From Candidatus Ghiorseimicrobium undicola (lineage in GTDB: Bacteria > Omnitrophota > Gorgyraeia > Ghiorseimicrobiales > Ghiorseimicrobiaceae): DNA of 64,000 nucleotides. Location of the stretch: positions 3,238 through 67,237 of the forward strand of contig PCWA01000084.1 of the NCBI GenBank assembly GCA_002796125.1. Reading direction: 5' to 3'. Position 1 is the first letter of the stretch, and every line of letters starts with the position of its first letter. The notes beneath the pieces are model-generated. The model saw nothing but the letters and a program-made list of their open reading frames with translations, was not told where the DNA came from and made no database searches. This document shows positions 19,038-29,574 of the stretch, piece by piece. A program made the position numbers and the translations under genes.

Positions 19038-19160
19038 AATGAGCGCATAACTTACGGAAGCTCTGAAAGAGCGACGTAAGTTATTTGCGCGAATTGATCC
19101 CGCAGCCTATCGGGTAAATTTCGAATAAATTTACCCGATGCTTAGGCAAGGGATATATTT
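19038..19160 (-). repeat. 5'-leader structured repeat element, copy B (fba leader)
   Basis: Minus strand atcccttgcctaagcatcgggtaaatttattcgaaatttacccgataggctgcgggatcaattcgcgcaaataacttacgtcgctctttcagagcttccgtaagttatgcgctcatt, followed by gaggaggtattaaGGTG of fba. Confidence 0.8.
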
Positions 19161-19221
19161 TACAACTCAATGAGCACATCCGCCACAGGCGGATGAGTAC
19201 GAATTGATCTTCATTAATTAT

Positions 19222-20208
19222 TCAAGTTAGTATATTTATCAGACGGTAAAAATTATCTACTTTTAAATCCTTTTTCTTAATTGCCTCTCTAACCGGTATA
19301 ACGTTTATTTCACCGTTAACTATTCCCGCGGCCTTGTCATATTGGTTGTTGAGCAATAGATCTACCGCGGCAGAGCCAAGCCGGGTGGCTAAAATCCTGT
19401 CTTTAGCCGTAGGTATCCCGCCTCTCTGTATATGCCCCAATACCACCACGCGGGTTTCAAGCCTGGTAATCTTAGTGATTTTTGCTGCTATTGCCTGCGC
19501 CTTCGCCGCGCCTTCGGCCACAATGATTATCCAGCTTATCTTTCCCTTTAACCTTCCTTTTTTAATACGTTCACAGATTTTCCTAAGATCAAACTTCAGC
19601 TCGGGGACTAAAACATCTTCAGCGCCTCCGCCCAGAGCGGATTCTATGGCGATAAACCCGCAATCCCTACCCATGACTTCTATAACAAAAATCCGCTCCA
19701 TGGAAGTACAGGTATCGCGTATCTTATCTATCGCATCAAGGGCAGTGTTAACTGCTGTATCAGAACCAATAGTCGCATCCGTCCCCCTGATATCATTATC
19801 AATCGTTCCGGGAATGCAGGCGCAGGGGACTTTCCATTCGGAAAATAAAAGATGCGCGCCGTGATAAGAACCATTGCCGCCAATAACAACCAGCGCGTCT
19901 ATGCCATGCCTTTTTACAGTCGCGGCTGCTTTTTTTCTTCCTTCCCTAGTAAAGAACTCTTTGCATCTTGCGGTTTTTAAAAGCGTACCGCCCTTATTTA
20001 TAACATTAGATACCGAACGATGACTTAAAGAGATAATGTCATCGTCAATCAAGCCCTGATAGCCGCGCATAATACCGGCCACTTCCAACCCGTTATGCGA
20101 TGCATAACGCACCACGCTCCTTATTGCGGCATTCATGCCAGAGCCATCGCCGCCGGAAGTCAAAACCCCTATTTTTTTAATAGGCGTTTTTAATTTTGAA
20201 TTTTTCAT
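19222..20208 (-). CDS. pfkA: ATP-dependent 6-phosphofructokinase
   Basis: 328 aa; GVLTSGGDGSGMNAAIR, IGGNGS and GxxDND motifs. Confidence 0.85.
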   Translation of the reverse strand: MKNSKLKTPIKKIGVLTSGGDGSGMNAAIRSVVRYASHNGLEVAGIMRGYQGLIDDDIISLSHRSVSNVINKGGTLLKTARCKEFFTREGRKKAAATVKRHGIDALVVIGGNGSYHGAHLLFSEWKVPCACIPGTIDNDIRGTDATIGSDTAVNTALDAIDKIRDTCTSMERIFVIEVMGRDCGFIAIESALGGGAEDVLVPELKFDLRKICERIKKGRLKGKISWIIIVAEGAAKAQAIAAKITKITRLETRVVVLGHIQRGGIPTAKDRILATRLGSAAVDLLLNNQYDKAAGIVNGEINVIPVREAIKKKDLKVDNFYRLINILT

Positions 20209-20225
20209 TTTAACTTTTTAATTCT

Positions 20226-21503
<1,278 letters not shown>

Positions 21504-21595
21504 TTAAAATTAAAAATGCAAAACCAAAATTAAAAATTTAAATTTGATTTTTGAATTATAGTTTTACATTTTACACTTTAAATTTTATATTTCTA

Positions 21596-22759
21596 TTACG
21601 CTTCTTTGGCTAAAATCTTCGCTTTATCCGTCCTTTCCCAGGTAAAACCTTCGCCGCTTCTGCCAAAATGGCCGTAGGCGGCTGTTTTTTTATACCTCGG
21701 CTTAAGCAAATCAAGGCTGCTAATTATTCCCTTAGGAGTTAGCTGGAAATGCTTACGGATTAGTTTTATGAATTTTTCTTCCGATATATGGCTGGTACCG
21801 TAAGTTTCCACCATTATCGAAAGCGGATCGGCCTTGCCTATAACATAGGCCAGCTGTATTGAACAGGTTTTGGCTAATTTTGCCGCAACTATGTTTTTGG
21901 CTATATAACGGGCCATATAGGCGGCTGACCTATCAACTTTTGTCGGGTCCTTGCCGGAAAAAGCGCCTCCTCCATGAGAAACCGTTCCGCCATAGGTATC
22001 AACAATAATTTTTCTGCCGGTCATGCCCGTATCCGACTGCGGCCCTCCAATAACAAATTTACCCGTCTGGTTTATATAGTATTTGGTAGCTTTTGTTAGA
22101 TAATCCTTCAATACCGGTTTGGCCACTTTATCAATTATCTCCTGCCGCGCTTTTTGGGTAATAAACTGCCCTGACCTGTCCAGGACATCCTCTGTATGCT
22201 GGCTTGCGATAACAACCGAATCCACCATTTTTGGCTTATTGTTTTCGTATACTACAGTAACCTGGCTTTTACCGTCCGGGCCAAGATAATCCAAAATACC
22301 TTCCTTGCGTACCTGGGCAAGACGCTCGGAAAGCCTATGCGCTAAATATATAGGCAAGGGTATAAGTTCCGGCGTCTCATCACAGGCATAACCAAACATC
22401 ATTCCCTGATCTCCGGCTCCTCCGGTATCAACCCCCTGGGCGATATCCGGCGATTGGTTATGTATGGCATTTAGTATCGAACATGTCTCATAATCCAAGC
22501 CGTATTTGGGATGCGTGTACCCTATGTCCTTTAAAACGCCTCTTACTAAATTCTGAACATCCACGTAGCCGGTTGTCGTTATTTCACCGCCGACAATCGT
22601 AAGGCCCATGGTAATATATGTTTCGCAGGCCACTCTGCCTGTGGGATCCTGTTTTAAAACATCATCAAGCACCGCATCAGAAATCTGGTCGCAGACCTTA
22701 TCCGGATGCCCCTCGGTAACCGATTCCGAACTAAATAACCGTAAATGCGCTTTCTTCAT
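21596..22759 (-). CDS. metK: S-adenosylmethionine synthetase
   Basis: 387 aa; [24 protein letters not shown] and [16 protein letters not shown] signatures. Confidence 0.9.
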   Translation of the reverse strand: MKKAHLRLFSSESVTEGHPDKVCDQISDAVLDDVLKQDPTGRVACETYITMGLTIVGGEITTTGYVDVQNLVRGVLKDIGYTHPKYGLDYETCSILNAIHNQSPDIAQGVDTGGAGDQGMMFGYACDETPELIPLPIYLAHRLSERLAQVRKEGILDYLGPDGKSQVTVVYENNKPKMVDSVVIASQHTEDVLDRSGQFITQKARQEIIDKVAKPVLKDYLTKATKYYINQTGKFVIGGPQSDTGMTGRKIIVDTYGGTVSHGGGAFSGKDPTKVDRSAAYMARYIAKNIVAAKLAKTCSIQLAYVIGKADPLSIMVETYGTSHISEEKFIKLIRKHFQLTPKGIISSLDLLKPRYKKTAAYGHFGRSGEGFTWERTDKAKILAKEA

Positions 22760-22795
22760 TCATTCCTCCCGTGAGTAGTGCTTTATTAAGCACGG

Positions 22796-22830
22796 ATTAC
22801 ACATTTTAAGCAATGCTTGTTTTGTGTAAT
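22796..22830 (-). repeat. Related imperfect palindrome between the nucleotidyltransferase stop and the metK start
   Basis: attacacattttaagca a tgcttgttttgtgtaat. The right arm is identical to that of the 10530-10564 copy. Confidence 0.55.
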
Positions 22831-22838
22831 TTTACTTG

Positions 22839-23633
22839 TTATTTCTTTTTTGCCCCGATTCTTAGAAAACGCGTAAATAAGCTATCAGCATCTTTATAAG
22901 AATCTATATCTCCTATATCATACCAATGACCGCGGAAAACATGAGCAAAAACTGATTCTTTTGGATAAAGCCATTTTATATAATTACCGGAGGCGTCTTT
23001 CTTATCCAAGCTTTTCATCTGGGTTAAATATTGGCGGATAAGCATTAATTTTTCTGCCGGCAAATAGTAAAGGCACATAGCAACTAATGTAGAGTTCGGA
23101 ATATTTGGTTTTTCCTGAAAATCAACCACCTCAGCCTTATTATCTATGGCTACTACGCCGTATTTTGCTGCCTGCGCGGAATTCTTAATATCAAACAAGC
23201 CGATAGTAACCTGCGGCTTATGACCTATAGAATAATTTATGAAATCTTCGAGGCCCCATGTAAAAAGGTTATCTCCTCCCAGTATCAAAAGGTCATTTTT
23301 AAGTTTTTGATTTTTTATAACAAATTCTATATCTCCTATAGCGCCTATGCGGGAACTTTCAGTTTTAGTGCCGTCATTTATAACCGTAATAACCAATCCA
23401 TTCTTTTTGAAATCACTATTTTGCTCTAAATCTTTTGCCCAGGATTTGAAGTGTCCGTAAAATTTATCATTAGTCACAACAAATATCTCATCAAGTAATT
23501 TGATTGATTTTAGATTATCAATTATATAATTAATTATCGGCCGGCCGGCTATCCTAAGCAGCGGTTTAGGAGTATTCTCTGTAAGCGGATACAGCCTTGT
23601 TGCGTAACCCGCCGCTAAAACTAATGCTTTCAT
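22839..23633 (-). CDS. Sugar-1-phosphate nucleotidyltransferase
   Basis: 264 aa; MKALVLAAGYATRLYPLTENTPKPLL nucleotidyltransferase N-terminus. Confidence 0.7.
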   Translation of the reverse strand: MKALVLAAGYATRLYPLTENTPKPLLRIAGRPIINYIIDNLKSIKLLDEIFVVTNDKFYGHFKSWAKDLEQNSDFKKNGLVITVINDGTKTESSRIGAIGDIEFVIKNQKLKNDLLILGGDNLFTWGLEDFINYSIGHKPQVTIGLFDIKNSAQAAKYGVVAIDNKAEVVDFQEKPNIPNSTLVAMCLYYLPAEKLMLIRQYLTQMKSLDKKDASGNYIKWLYPKESVFAHVFRGHWYDIGDIDSYKDADSLFTRFLRIGAKKK

Positions 23634-23668
23634 TCCGCTATTCCTCCCCTGTGCCGCTATTCATATCT

Positions 23669-24496
23669 CTATAAAGGTATCGCGGCTTTTAACTCTGCCT
23701 TATCTGCCATAAAACACGAATCATAATTATATCTATGCGGATCGTTAAGAAAACTTAACTTATTACTTTGCTCTATGGTATCGTATAATGGGATATCAAA
23801 CAATAAACCCAAATCTTTCATATCCAATCTAGGGCGCACAATTCTAACTTTTGGCAATTGTTTAAAAAATTCATTATTAACAAATCGGAATTCTCCCTCG
23901 TTATTGGTGATAAAATAGGCCGCGCCTCTTGACTGTTTATATTGGGAATAATCCGGCCTGCAGTCTGATGATATCCAATTAGCAACCACTAAAGGGAAAT
24001 CCGCAGAAGGATTTACCAGAATGTGGCCATAATCAGGCAAAACCATTATCTTCTCTTTCGCCTTAGCCTTAACCAATACGATATCTTCTATCTTAGAAAA
24101 ATCATCTTTTTGCGGCTTTTGCATCAGGCATAACGCTTCTCCCCAGAGAACTTCATAAATTTCAGGATAATGCTGATTATGGTAATGACCGCTGGTTTTG
24201 ATAAATTCATCACCAAGGAAGCCGCCTCTGATAATGGTTATATCGTATCGCAGGCGGTTGGCGGTAATTTTTTCTTTATCTTTTAACTTGCATAACCCCC
24301 GATACATATAATAAAGTTCCCGGGGCGCATCTATCTTTTTATCCAGGAGCACGCCTTTCATCTCTTGGATGGTGCGTATATCCGGCTCAATCTTTAAAAC
24401 ATCATCCGCGCATGTCAGCTTTAAGCTGTTTAAGTCTAATCTGACGCTTAAGCCGGAATTTTTAAACAAATTTATCATAACCCTATGACTGCTCAA
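23669..24496 (-). CDS. Cupin-fold sugar-phosphate isomerase (archaeal-type glucose-6-phosphate isomerase-like)
   Basis: 275 aa; TSGHYHNQHYPEIYEVLWGEA cupin metal-site-like motif. Functional call is tentative. Confidence 0.35.
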   Translation of the reverse strand: MSSHRVMINLFKNSGLSVRLDLNSLKLTCADDVLKIEPDIRTIQEMKGVLLDKKIDAPRELYYMYRGLCKLKDKEKITANRLRYDITIIRGGFLGDEFIKTSGHYHNQHYPEIYEVLWGEALCLMQKPQKDDFSKIEDIVLVKAKAKEKIMVLPDYGHILVNPSADFPLVVANWISSDCRPDYSQYKQSRGAAYFITNNEGEFRFVNNEFFKQLPKVRIVRPRLDMKDLGLLFDIPLYDTIEQSNKLSFLNDPHRYNYDSCFMADKAELKAAIPL

Positions 24497-26243
24497 TAAT
24501 CTTATATACCTCAGGGGCTAATTCTTTTAATTTTTTATTGCTGAACTCATCGACCTCCTTGCCGGTAGAAAGATCCAAAGCCGCCTCTGTTATTTTTCTC
24601 GCGTCATCCATATTGATACAACGGACTAATTGTTTTATCGGCAAGATCATCCTTGACGGCATACTGAATTCATCCAGCCCCATACCTAAAAGAATTAAAG
24701 CGAACATCGGATCTCCGGACATTTCTCCGCACATCCCCACCCAAATATTATTACGATGCCCGGAGTCTATTATATTCTTAATCAGGCGCAATACCGCAGG
24801 ATGAGACGGCTCGTAAAGATAAGCCACTTTCTCATTAGTCCTGTCAACAGCAATAGAATATTGTATAAGGTCATTGGTTCCTATACTAAAAAAGTCAGCT
24901 TCTTTAGCAATTAAATCTGCGGTTATCGCAGCTGAAGGAACTTCAATCATCGCGCCGACTTCCATATCTTCATCGAAAGCGATTTTCTTCGCGCGCAATT
25001 CATTTTTTACGTCTTCAAGCATCTGGTTGGCCTGGCGCATTTCCTCAACCCCGGAAATCATAGGATACATTATCTTAATCTTGCCGTGGATAGATGCGCG
25101 TAACAATGCCCTGAGCTGCACTTTAAATATATCCGGGCGGGCAAGGCAAAATCTTATAGCCCGCCAGCCTAAAAAGGGAAGCATATCACGCGGTACTTGC
25201 AGCTGTGAAATAAATTTGTCCCCCCCTAAATCCAGCGTCCTGATAATAACAGGATAAGGCTGCATCTTCTGCGCAACAAACTTATACGCCTCATAATGCT
25301 CTTCCTCGGAAGGAAGATCCCGCCTGTTCATATAAAAATACTCTGTCCTGTATAAACCTATTCCTTCCGCCCCATGCTCCAGGACAAAAGGTATTTCTTC
25401 CGGCAGCTCTATATTTGCCGCCAATTCTACGAGCCTGCCGTCTATCGTCTGAGCAGACAAGCTTTTTAAAGATATAAACGCTTCATCCTGGGCCTTGATT
25501 TTTTGTCTTGCCTGGTTATATTGGGCGATTGTTTTTTCGTCCGGGTTAATGATTACTACCCCGGAAATGCCGTCAATAATTATCGTGTCGTCTTCGCCTA
25601 TCTTGGAAGTTGCCACTTCCACGCCGACGACAGCGGGAATCTCAAATGATTTAGCCATAATCGCCGTATGAGAAGTCTTGCCTCCTACATCTGTTACAAA
25701 CCCAATAATATTCTTACGGTGCATCGCGGCCGTATCAGAAGGAGAAAGGTCGTGAGCGACCACGATAACCGGCTCCTGAAAGTCAGACAAGCTTTTTTTC
25801 TTCTTCCCGCAAAGGATCCTCATTACTCTTTTACTAACATCATTAATATCGGCTATGCGCTCCCTTAAATATTCATCCTCCATGCGGGAGAAAACATTGA
25901 TGTATTTTTTGATAACTTCATGAAAAATATATTCAACGTTAACTTTTTCTTTTTTAACGCGGGATATAACTTCTTCAATAAGCATCCTATCCTCAAGGAC
26001 TAAAAGATGCGCGTCAAATATCTGGGCCTGCTCCTGATTAAGCTCAGCAGAAACCTTTTTCTGGAGAGCTATCAATTCCTTATGTGTCTGTATCAGGGCT
26101 TCTTCAAAACGTACGATTTCACCGGCAATATCAGCTTCTGAAATGCTCCTTTTGGAAACACTGATTTCCTCCCTGCCCAAAATATGAACCGGCCCTATAG
26201 AAATACCGCTGGAAGCCGGGATACCTTTTAATATTTCATTCAT
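24483..26243 (-). CDS. ptsI: Phosphoenolpyruvate-protein phosphotransferase (PTS Enzyme I)
   Basis: 586 aa; GGKTSHTAIMA phospho-His region and PEP-utilising domain. Confidence 0.9.
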   Translation of the reverse strand: MNEILKGIPASSGISIGPVHILGREEISVSKRSISEADIAGEIVRFEEALIQTHKELIALQKKVSAELNQEQAQIFDAHLLVLEDRMLIEEVISRVKKEKVNVEYIFHEVIKKYINVFSRMEDEYLRERIADINDVSKRVMRILCGKKKKSLSDFQEPVIVVAHDLSPSDTAAMHRKNIIGFVTDVGGKTSHTAIMAKSFEIPAVVGVEVATSKIGEDDTIIIDGISGVVIINPDEKTIAQYNQARQKIKAQDEAFISLKSLSAQTIDGRLVELAANIELPEEIPFVLEHGAEGIGLYRTEYFYMNRRDLPSEEEHYEAYKFVAQKMQPYPVIIRTLDLGGDKFISQLQVPRDMLPFLGWRAIRFCLARPDIFKVQLRALLRASIHGKIKIMYPMISGVEEMRQANQMLEDVKNELRAKKIAFDEDMEVGAMIEVPSAAITADLIAKEADFFSIGTNDLIQYSIAVDRTNEKVAYLYEPSHPAVLRLIKNIIDSGHRNNIWVGMCGEMSGDPMFALILLGMGLDEFSMPSRMILPIKQLVRCINMDDARKITEAALDLSTGKEVDEFSNKKLKELAPEVYKIIEQS

Positions 26244-26499
26244 TATTGCTCACAATCTTTTCCAGTTCTAAAATTGCCTCTTGGCAATCGCGGCCTACCG
26301 CCTCAACAATAATTTCTGAATTCTTAGTCGCGCCTAAGGTAAGAATGCCCATAATAGACTTGCCGTTTACAGTTTCGCCTTCTCTCGATACTGTTATTTG
26401 GGAATCAAATTTATTGGCGATCTGCACGAAAAGCGCCGCAGGCCTAGCGTGTAAACCCTGCTTATTCTTAACTACAATTGTTTTTTTTACTGATTTCAT
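26236..26499 (-). CDS. ptsH: Phosphocarrier protein HPr
   Basis: 87 aa; GLHARPA with His15 and GKSIMGI Ser46 region. Confidence 0.85.
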   Translation of the reverse strand: MKSVKKTIVVKNKQGLHARPAALFVQIANKFDSQITVSREGETVNGKSIMGILTLGATKNSEIIVEAVGRDCQEAILELEKIVSNNE

Positions 26500-26503
26500 A
26501 TTC

Positions 26504-26600
26504 GTAGGTTACGAACACCCGCCCATTCCATTAAGGGCGGGGTGTAGTAGGTTACGAACACCCGCCCATTCCGCTAAGGGCGGGGTGTACGTAGATTACT
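26504..26600 (-). repeat. Tandem 43-nt GC-stem hairpin repeat (2.2 copies) between yvcK stop and ptsH start
   Basis: gtaggttacgaacacccgcccattccNNtaagggcggggtgta occurs twice in tandem plus a partial third unit. Each unit folds as cacccgccc / gggcggggtg. Confidence 0.7.
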
Positions 26601-26603
26601 TTT

Positions 26604-27926
26604 TTATTTTTGTTCGGCAAGGGCTATGATCATTTTAGCAAGTTTTTTGGAATCATGTCTAACCAAATCCCCCAACTCAGCCATATCATCTTCTATAACC
26701 TTAAAGCCGGCCCTTCTAATCCTCTCAGAATCGTTTTTTATAGCGAATGATTCTTCTTCTTTATACTTTTCCAATAAATCCGCTGGTATTGGAGCGGTAT
26801 TCATAATGCAATAATCAACTATGCGCGCTTTTGAATGTGTAATTACGGCATTTAAATGGTCAAAGGCAGAATAATTGTCTGTTTCGCCACGCTGGGTCAT
26901 AATATTACATACATACACTTTTAAAGCGCTGGAGGCGACAAGCGCATCCTTAATCTCTTTAATTAAAAGATTCGGTATTATGCTTGTATACAGGCTGCCC
27001 GGGCCCAAAATGATAATTTCGGCTTCAAGAATCGCTTTCACTGCCTCGGGAGTAGCCCTAACATCGGAAGGTTTTAAAAATACGTTTCTAATAGGAACGC
27101 CTTTTTTAGGAATCTGCGCCTCGCCTTCTTCGTGAGTACCGTCCTTATAATTGGCCGCCAAACTAACCCTGTTTAAGGTGGAAGGAATAACCTGCCCGCG
27201 GATTGCCAATATTTTACTGGATTCCTTCACCGCTTTCTCAAAATCCCCTGTTAATCTGGTCATTGCCGTAATAAATAAATTTCCAAAACTATGCCCCTCT
27301 AATTCAGAGCCTTCTTCAAACCTAAACTGGAATAAATCCCGCATCATAGGTTCGGCTTCAGCCAAAGCAACCAAACAGTTGCGTATATCCCCTGGGGGCA
27401 GAATCCCAAACTGCTGCCTTATCCTGCCCGAACTTCCCCCGTCATCGGCAACCGTCACTATAGCAGATATATTGTTTGTATATTCCTTAAGCCCATGCAA
27501 AAGCGTGGACAGCCCGGTCCCGCCGCCTACAGCCGTAATCTTTGGCCCGTGCGTTAAATATTTTTTTTCATAAATTATATCTACTAAACCTTTTCCTTCC
27601 CCTTTATCTTTCTGAGGTAAAAATAATCTTATAATAAAAACAAATAATTCTTTTACGCCTCTAAAAATTAGATATATTCCCAAGGCAATAATTAAAGTAT
27701 CGGTCGTTTTCCCCAAAGTTAATTTCTCCGTAAAAAATCTTGCCGCCCCCAGGCGGGATGCGCCAAAAATAGTCAGAATAACGCCAATGGCAGATAAAAC
27801 AACCCAACGCTTTATTCCCATGCCTGGGAAAAGCCATTTTAAAAATGTATTGCGTATCCCCTGCCTTACTGGAGAAAATACCAAAGTTAAATAACTACGG
27901 AAAAGCGCCCTAAACTTTTTTTTCAT
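26604..27926 (-). CDS. YvcK/GlmR-like gluconeogenesis factor (UPF0052, CofD-like) with N-terminal membrane anchor
   Basis: 440 aa; AVGGGTGLSTLLHGLK P-loop-like motif of the YvcK family, preceded by a ~110-aa extension with two predicted TM helices. Confidence 0.7.
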   Translation of the reverse strand: MKKKFRALFRSYLTLVFSPVRQGIRNTFLKWLFPGMGIKRWVVLSAIGVILTIFGASRLGAARFFTEKLTLGKTTDTLIIALGIYLIFRGVKELFVFIIRLFLPQKDKGEGKGLVDIIYEKKYLTHGPKITAVGGGTGLSTLLHGLKEYTNNISAIVTVADDGGSSGRIRQQFGILPPGDIRNCLVALAEAEPMMRDLFQFRFEEGSELEGHSFGNLFITAMTRLTGDFEKAVKESSKILAIRGQVIPSTLNRVSLAANYKDGTHEEGEAQIPKKGVPIRNVFLKPSDVRATPEAVKAILEAEIIILGPGSLYTSIIPNLLIKEIKDALVASSALKVYVCNIMTQRGETDNYSAFDHLNAVITHSKARIVDYCIMNTAPIPADLLEKYKEEESFAIKNDSERIRRAGFKVIEDDMAELGDLVRHDSKKLAKMIIALAEQK

Positions 27927-28380
27927 CTTCTTGTTGTATAATTTTTAGAATTGCCTTTTCATCTTCCGCTGATTTTAAATTATCGCGGAAATATTTATCC
28001 TTTAAAAGGCGGGAAATACGCGCAAGCGCCTTAAGATGAGGCCCGGCCGAATCCTGAGGAGCTAAAAGCAAAAAGAATATGTAAACCAACTCTCCATCCA
28101 GCGATTCAAAATCTACGCCACGTTTAGAGATGCCAATGGCGGCTATAAGCTTATTAACGCAATCGCTTTTTGCGTGAGGGATACCAACCCCCTGTCCGAT
28201 AGCGGTAGAACCTAATGCCTCCCTGTTTTTCAATAATTCAATAAGCTTATTCTTATGTTTTTTATCTACTTCCTGGCTATTAATCAATAAATCTACAAGT
28301 TCTTTTATGACACTGTTTTTATCCGTGGATTTTATATTGGCTGTTATCGCTTTACTTGAAAGAAAATCCATAATCTTCAT
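27910..28380 (-). CDS. ptsN: PTS EIIA (fructose/nitrogen-type, PtsN-like)
   Basis: 156 aa; GVGIPHAKSD phospho-His motif of EIIA-Ntr/Fru. Confidence 0.75.
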   Translation of the reverse strand: MKIMDFLSSKAITANIKSTDKNSVIKELVDLLINSQEVDKKHKNKLIELLKNREALGSTAIGQGVGIPHAKSDCVNKLIAAIGISKRGVDFESLDGELVYIFFLLLAPQDSAGPHLKALARISRLLKDKYFRDNLKSAEDEKAILKIIQQEDEKKV

Positions 28381-28446
28381 TATTGCTCCTCCCTGAAAAA
28401 TGTAGAATTATGCTTTTAATTCTGCATTTTAGATTCTTAATTTTAA

Positions 28447-28519
28447 AGCGGGAGACGGGCTTCGAACCCGCGACAACAACGTTGGCAACGTTGTGCTCTA
28501 CCAACTGAGCTACTCCCGC
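28447..28519 (-). tRNA. tRNA-Gly (anticodon GCC)
   Basis: Minus-strand GCGGGAGTAGCTCAGTTGGTAGAGCACAACGTTGCCAACGTTGTTGTCGCGGGTTCGAAGCCCGTCTCCCGCT. Cloverleaf with GTTCGAAG T-loop; no encoded CCA. Confidence 0.85.
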
Positions 28520-28631
28520 AAATTATTAAAAAGAGAAATTCTGACAAATCAAAAATTTATTGCCACCTAATTTCTAATCTCGATTTTCCAGTAAAATTCG
28601 CCTTAGATTCAATACAGCTTCAACCATCTAA

Positions 28632-28715
28632 TGCCGCGAGAGAGAGTTGAACTCTCAAGTCCTTGCGGACATTAGGTCCTAAGCCTAACGCGTATGCCAA
28701 TTCCGCCACCGCGGC
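28632..28715 (-). tRNA. tRNA-Leu (anticodon TAG), long variable arm
   Basis: Minus-strand GCCGCGGTGGCGGAATTGGCATACGCGTTAGGCTTAGGACCTAATGTCCGCAAGGACTTGAGAGTTCAACTCTCTCTCGCGGCA. The D-arm matches the canonical Leu GGCGGAATTGG; the ORF 28620..28808 is spurious. Confidence 0.8.
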
Positions 28716-28881
28716 AAATTTTTTAAAATCGCGTATGCCAATTCCGCCATCCGCCATTTTGTCAATAGCGCATAACGCATTGAAAATAGAAAATTGAGTA
28801 GACCGCAATTAAACTTATTATCTATTTTTTAATTTCTATTGCTCAATTGCTCTACAAATTTTTGCAGAGCAAAAATTTATG

Positions 28882-28954
28882 TGAGCCACCCGCGACTCGA
28901 ACGCGGCACACCCACCTTAAAAGGGTGGTGCTCTACCGGATGAGCTAGTGGCTC
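28882..28954 (-). tRNA. tRNA-Lys (anticodon TTT)
   Basis: Minus-strand GAGCCACTAGCTCATCCGGTAGAGCACCACCCTTTTAAGGTGGGTGTGCCGCGTTCGAGTCGCGGGTGGCTCA. Confidence 0.85.
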
Positions 28955-28993
28955 TTTAATAAACTTAAAAATTTAGAATAATTCCCCGCTTAC

Positions 28994-29554
28994 TCAAGAC
29001 CCGGATAACTCTTTTTCTTTTTCTTCGAGAATTTCATCTATACTGGCGATATATTTATCGGTCAATTTTTGAATATTGTCCTGGGCCGCAAACCTCTCAT
29101 CTTCAGAAATAACTTTATCTGCCTCTAATTTTTTGATTGCTTCATTGGCGTCGCGCCGTATGGTGCGTAGTGAAATCCTGCCGTCCTCAGCCATTTTTTT
29201 AACTACTTTTGCCAATTCTTCACGCCTCTCTCTAGATAACGGCGGGAAAGACAAGCGGATAAGCTTGCCATCATTAGAAGGCGTAATGCCCAAATTTGAT
29301 TTAAGCACTTCTTTTTCTATTTCCGGTATTACGGAAACATCCCATGGCTGTATCGTCAAAAGATGCGCCTCAGGCACCGAAATGGTAGCAAGCTGTTTAA
29401 GCATGGTAGGGGCATCATAATAATTAATTCTTATTCCTTCTACTAAAGCGGCTGTGGCACGGCCTGTCCTTACTTCGTTAAAATATCTCTTGGTGGATTC
29501 CAAAGCTTTCTTCATCTTATCTTCCGCATTATGAATTGTTTCCTTCAGTCTCAT
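28994..29554 (-). CDS. frr: Ribosome recycling factor
   Basis: 186 aa; RRF family. Confidence 0.9.
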   Translation of the reverse strand: MRLKETIHNAEDKMKKALESTKRYFNEVRTGRATAALVEGIRINYYDAPTMLKQLATISVPEAHLLTIQPWDVSVIPEIEKEVLKSNLGITPSNDGKLIRLSFPPLSRERREELAKVVKKMAEDGRISLRTIRRDANEAIKKLEADKVISEDERFAAQDNIQKLTDKYIASIDEILEEKEKELSGS

Positions 29555-29574
29555 ATACGCCTCGCTTTCCCCCC

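Noticed and set aside
28620-28808. 62-aa ORF between tRNA-Gly and tRNA-Lys
   Set aside because: It is fully explained by tRNA-Leu(TAG) on the same strand; ORF callers often translate through tRNAs with long variable arms.
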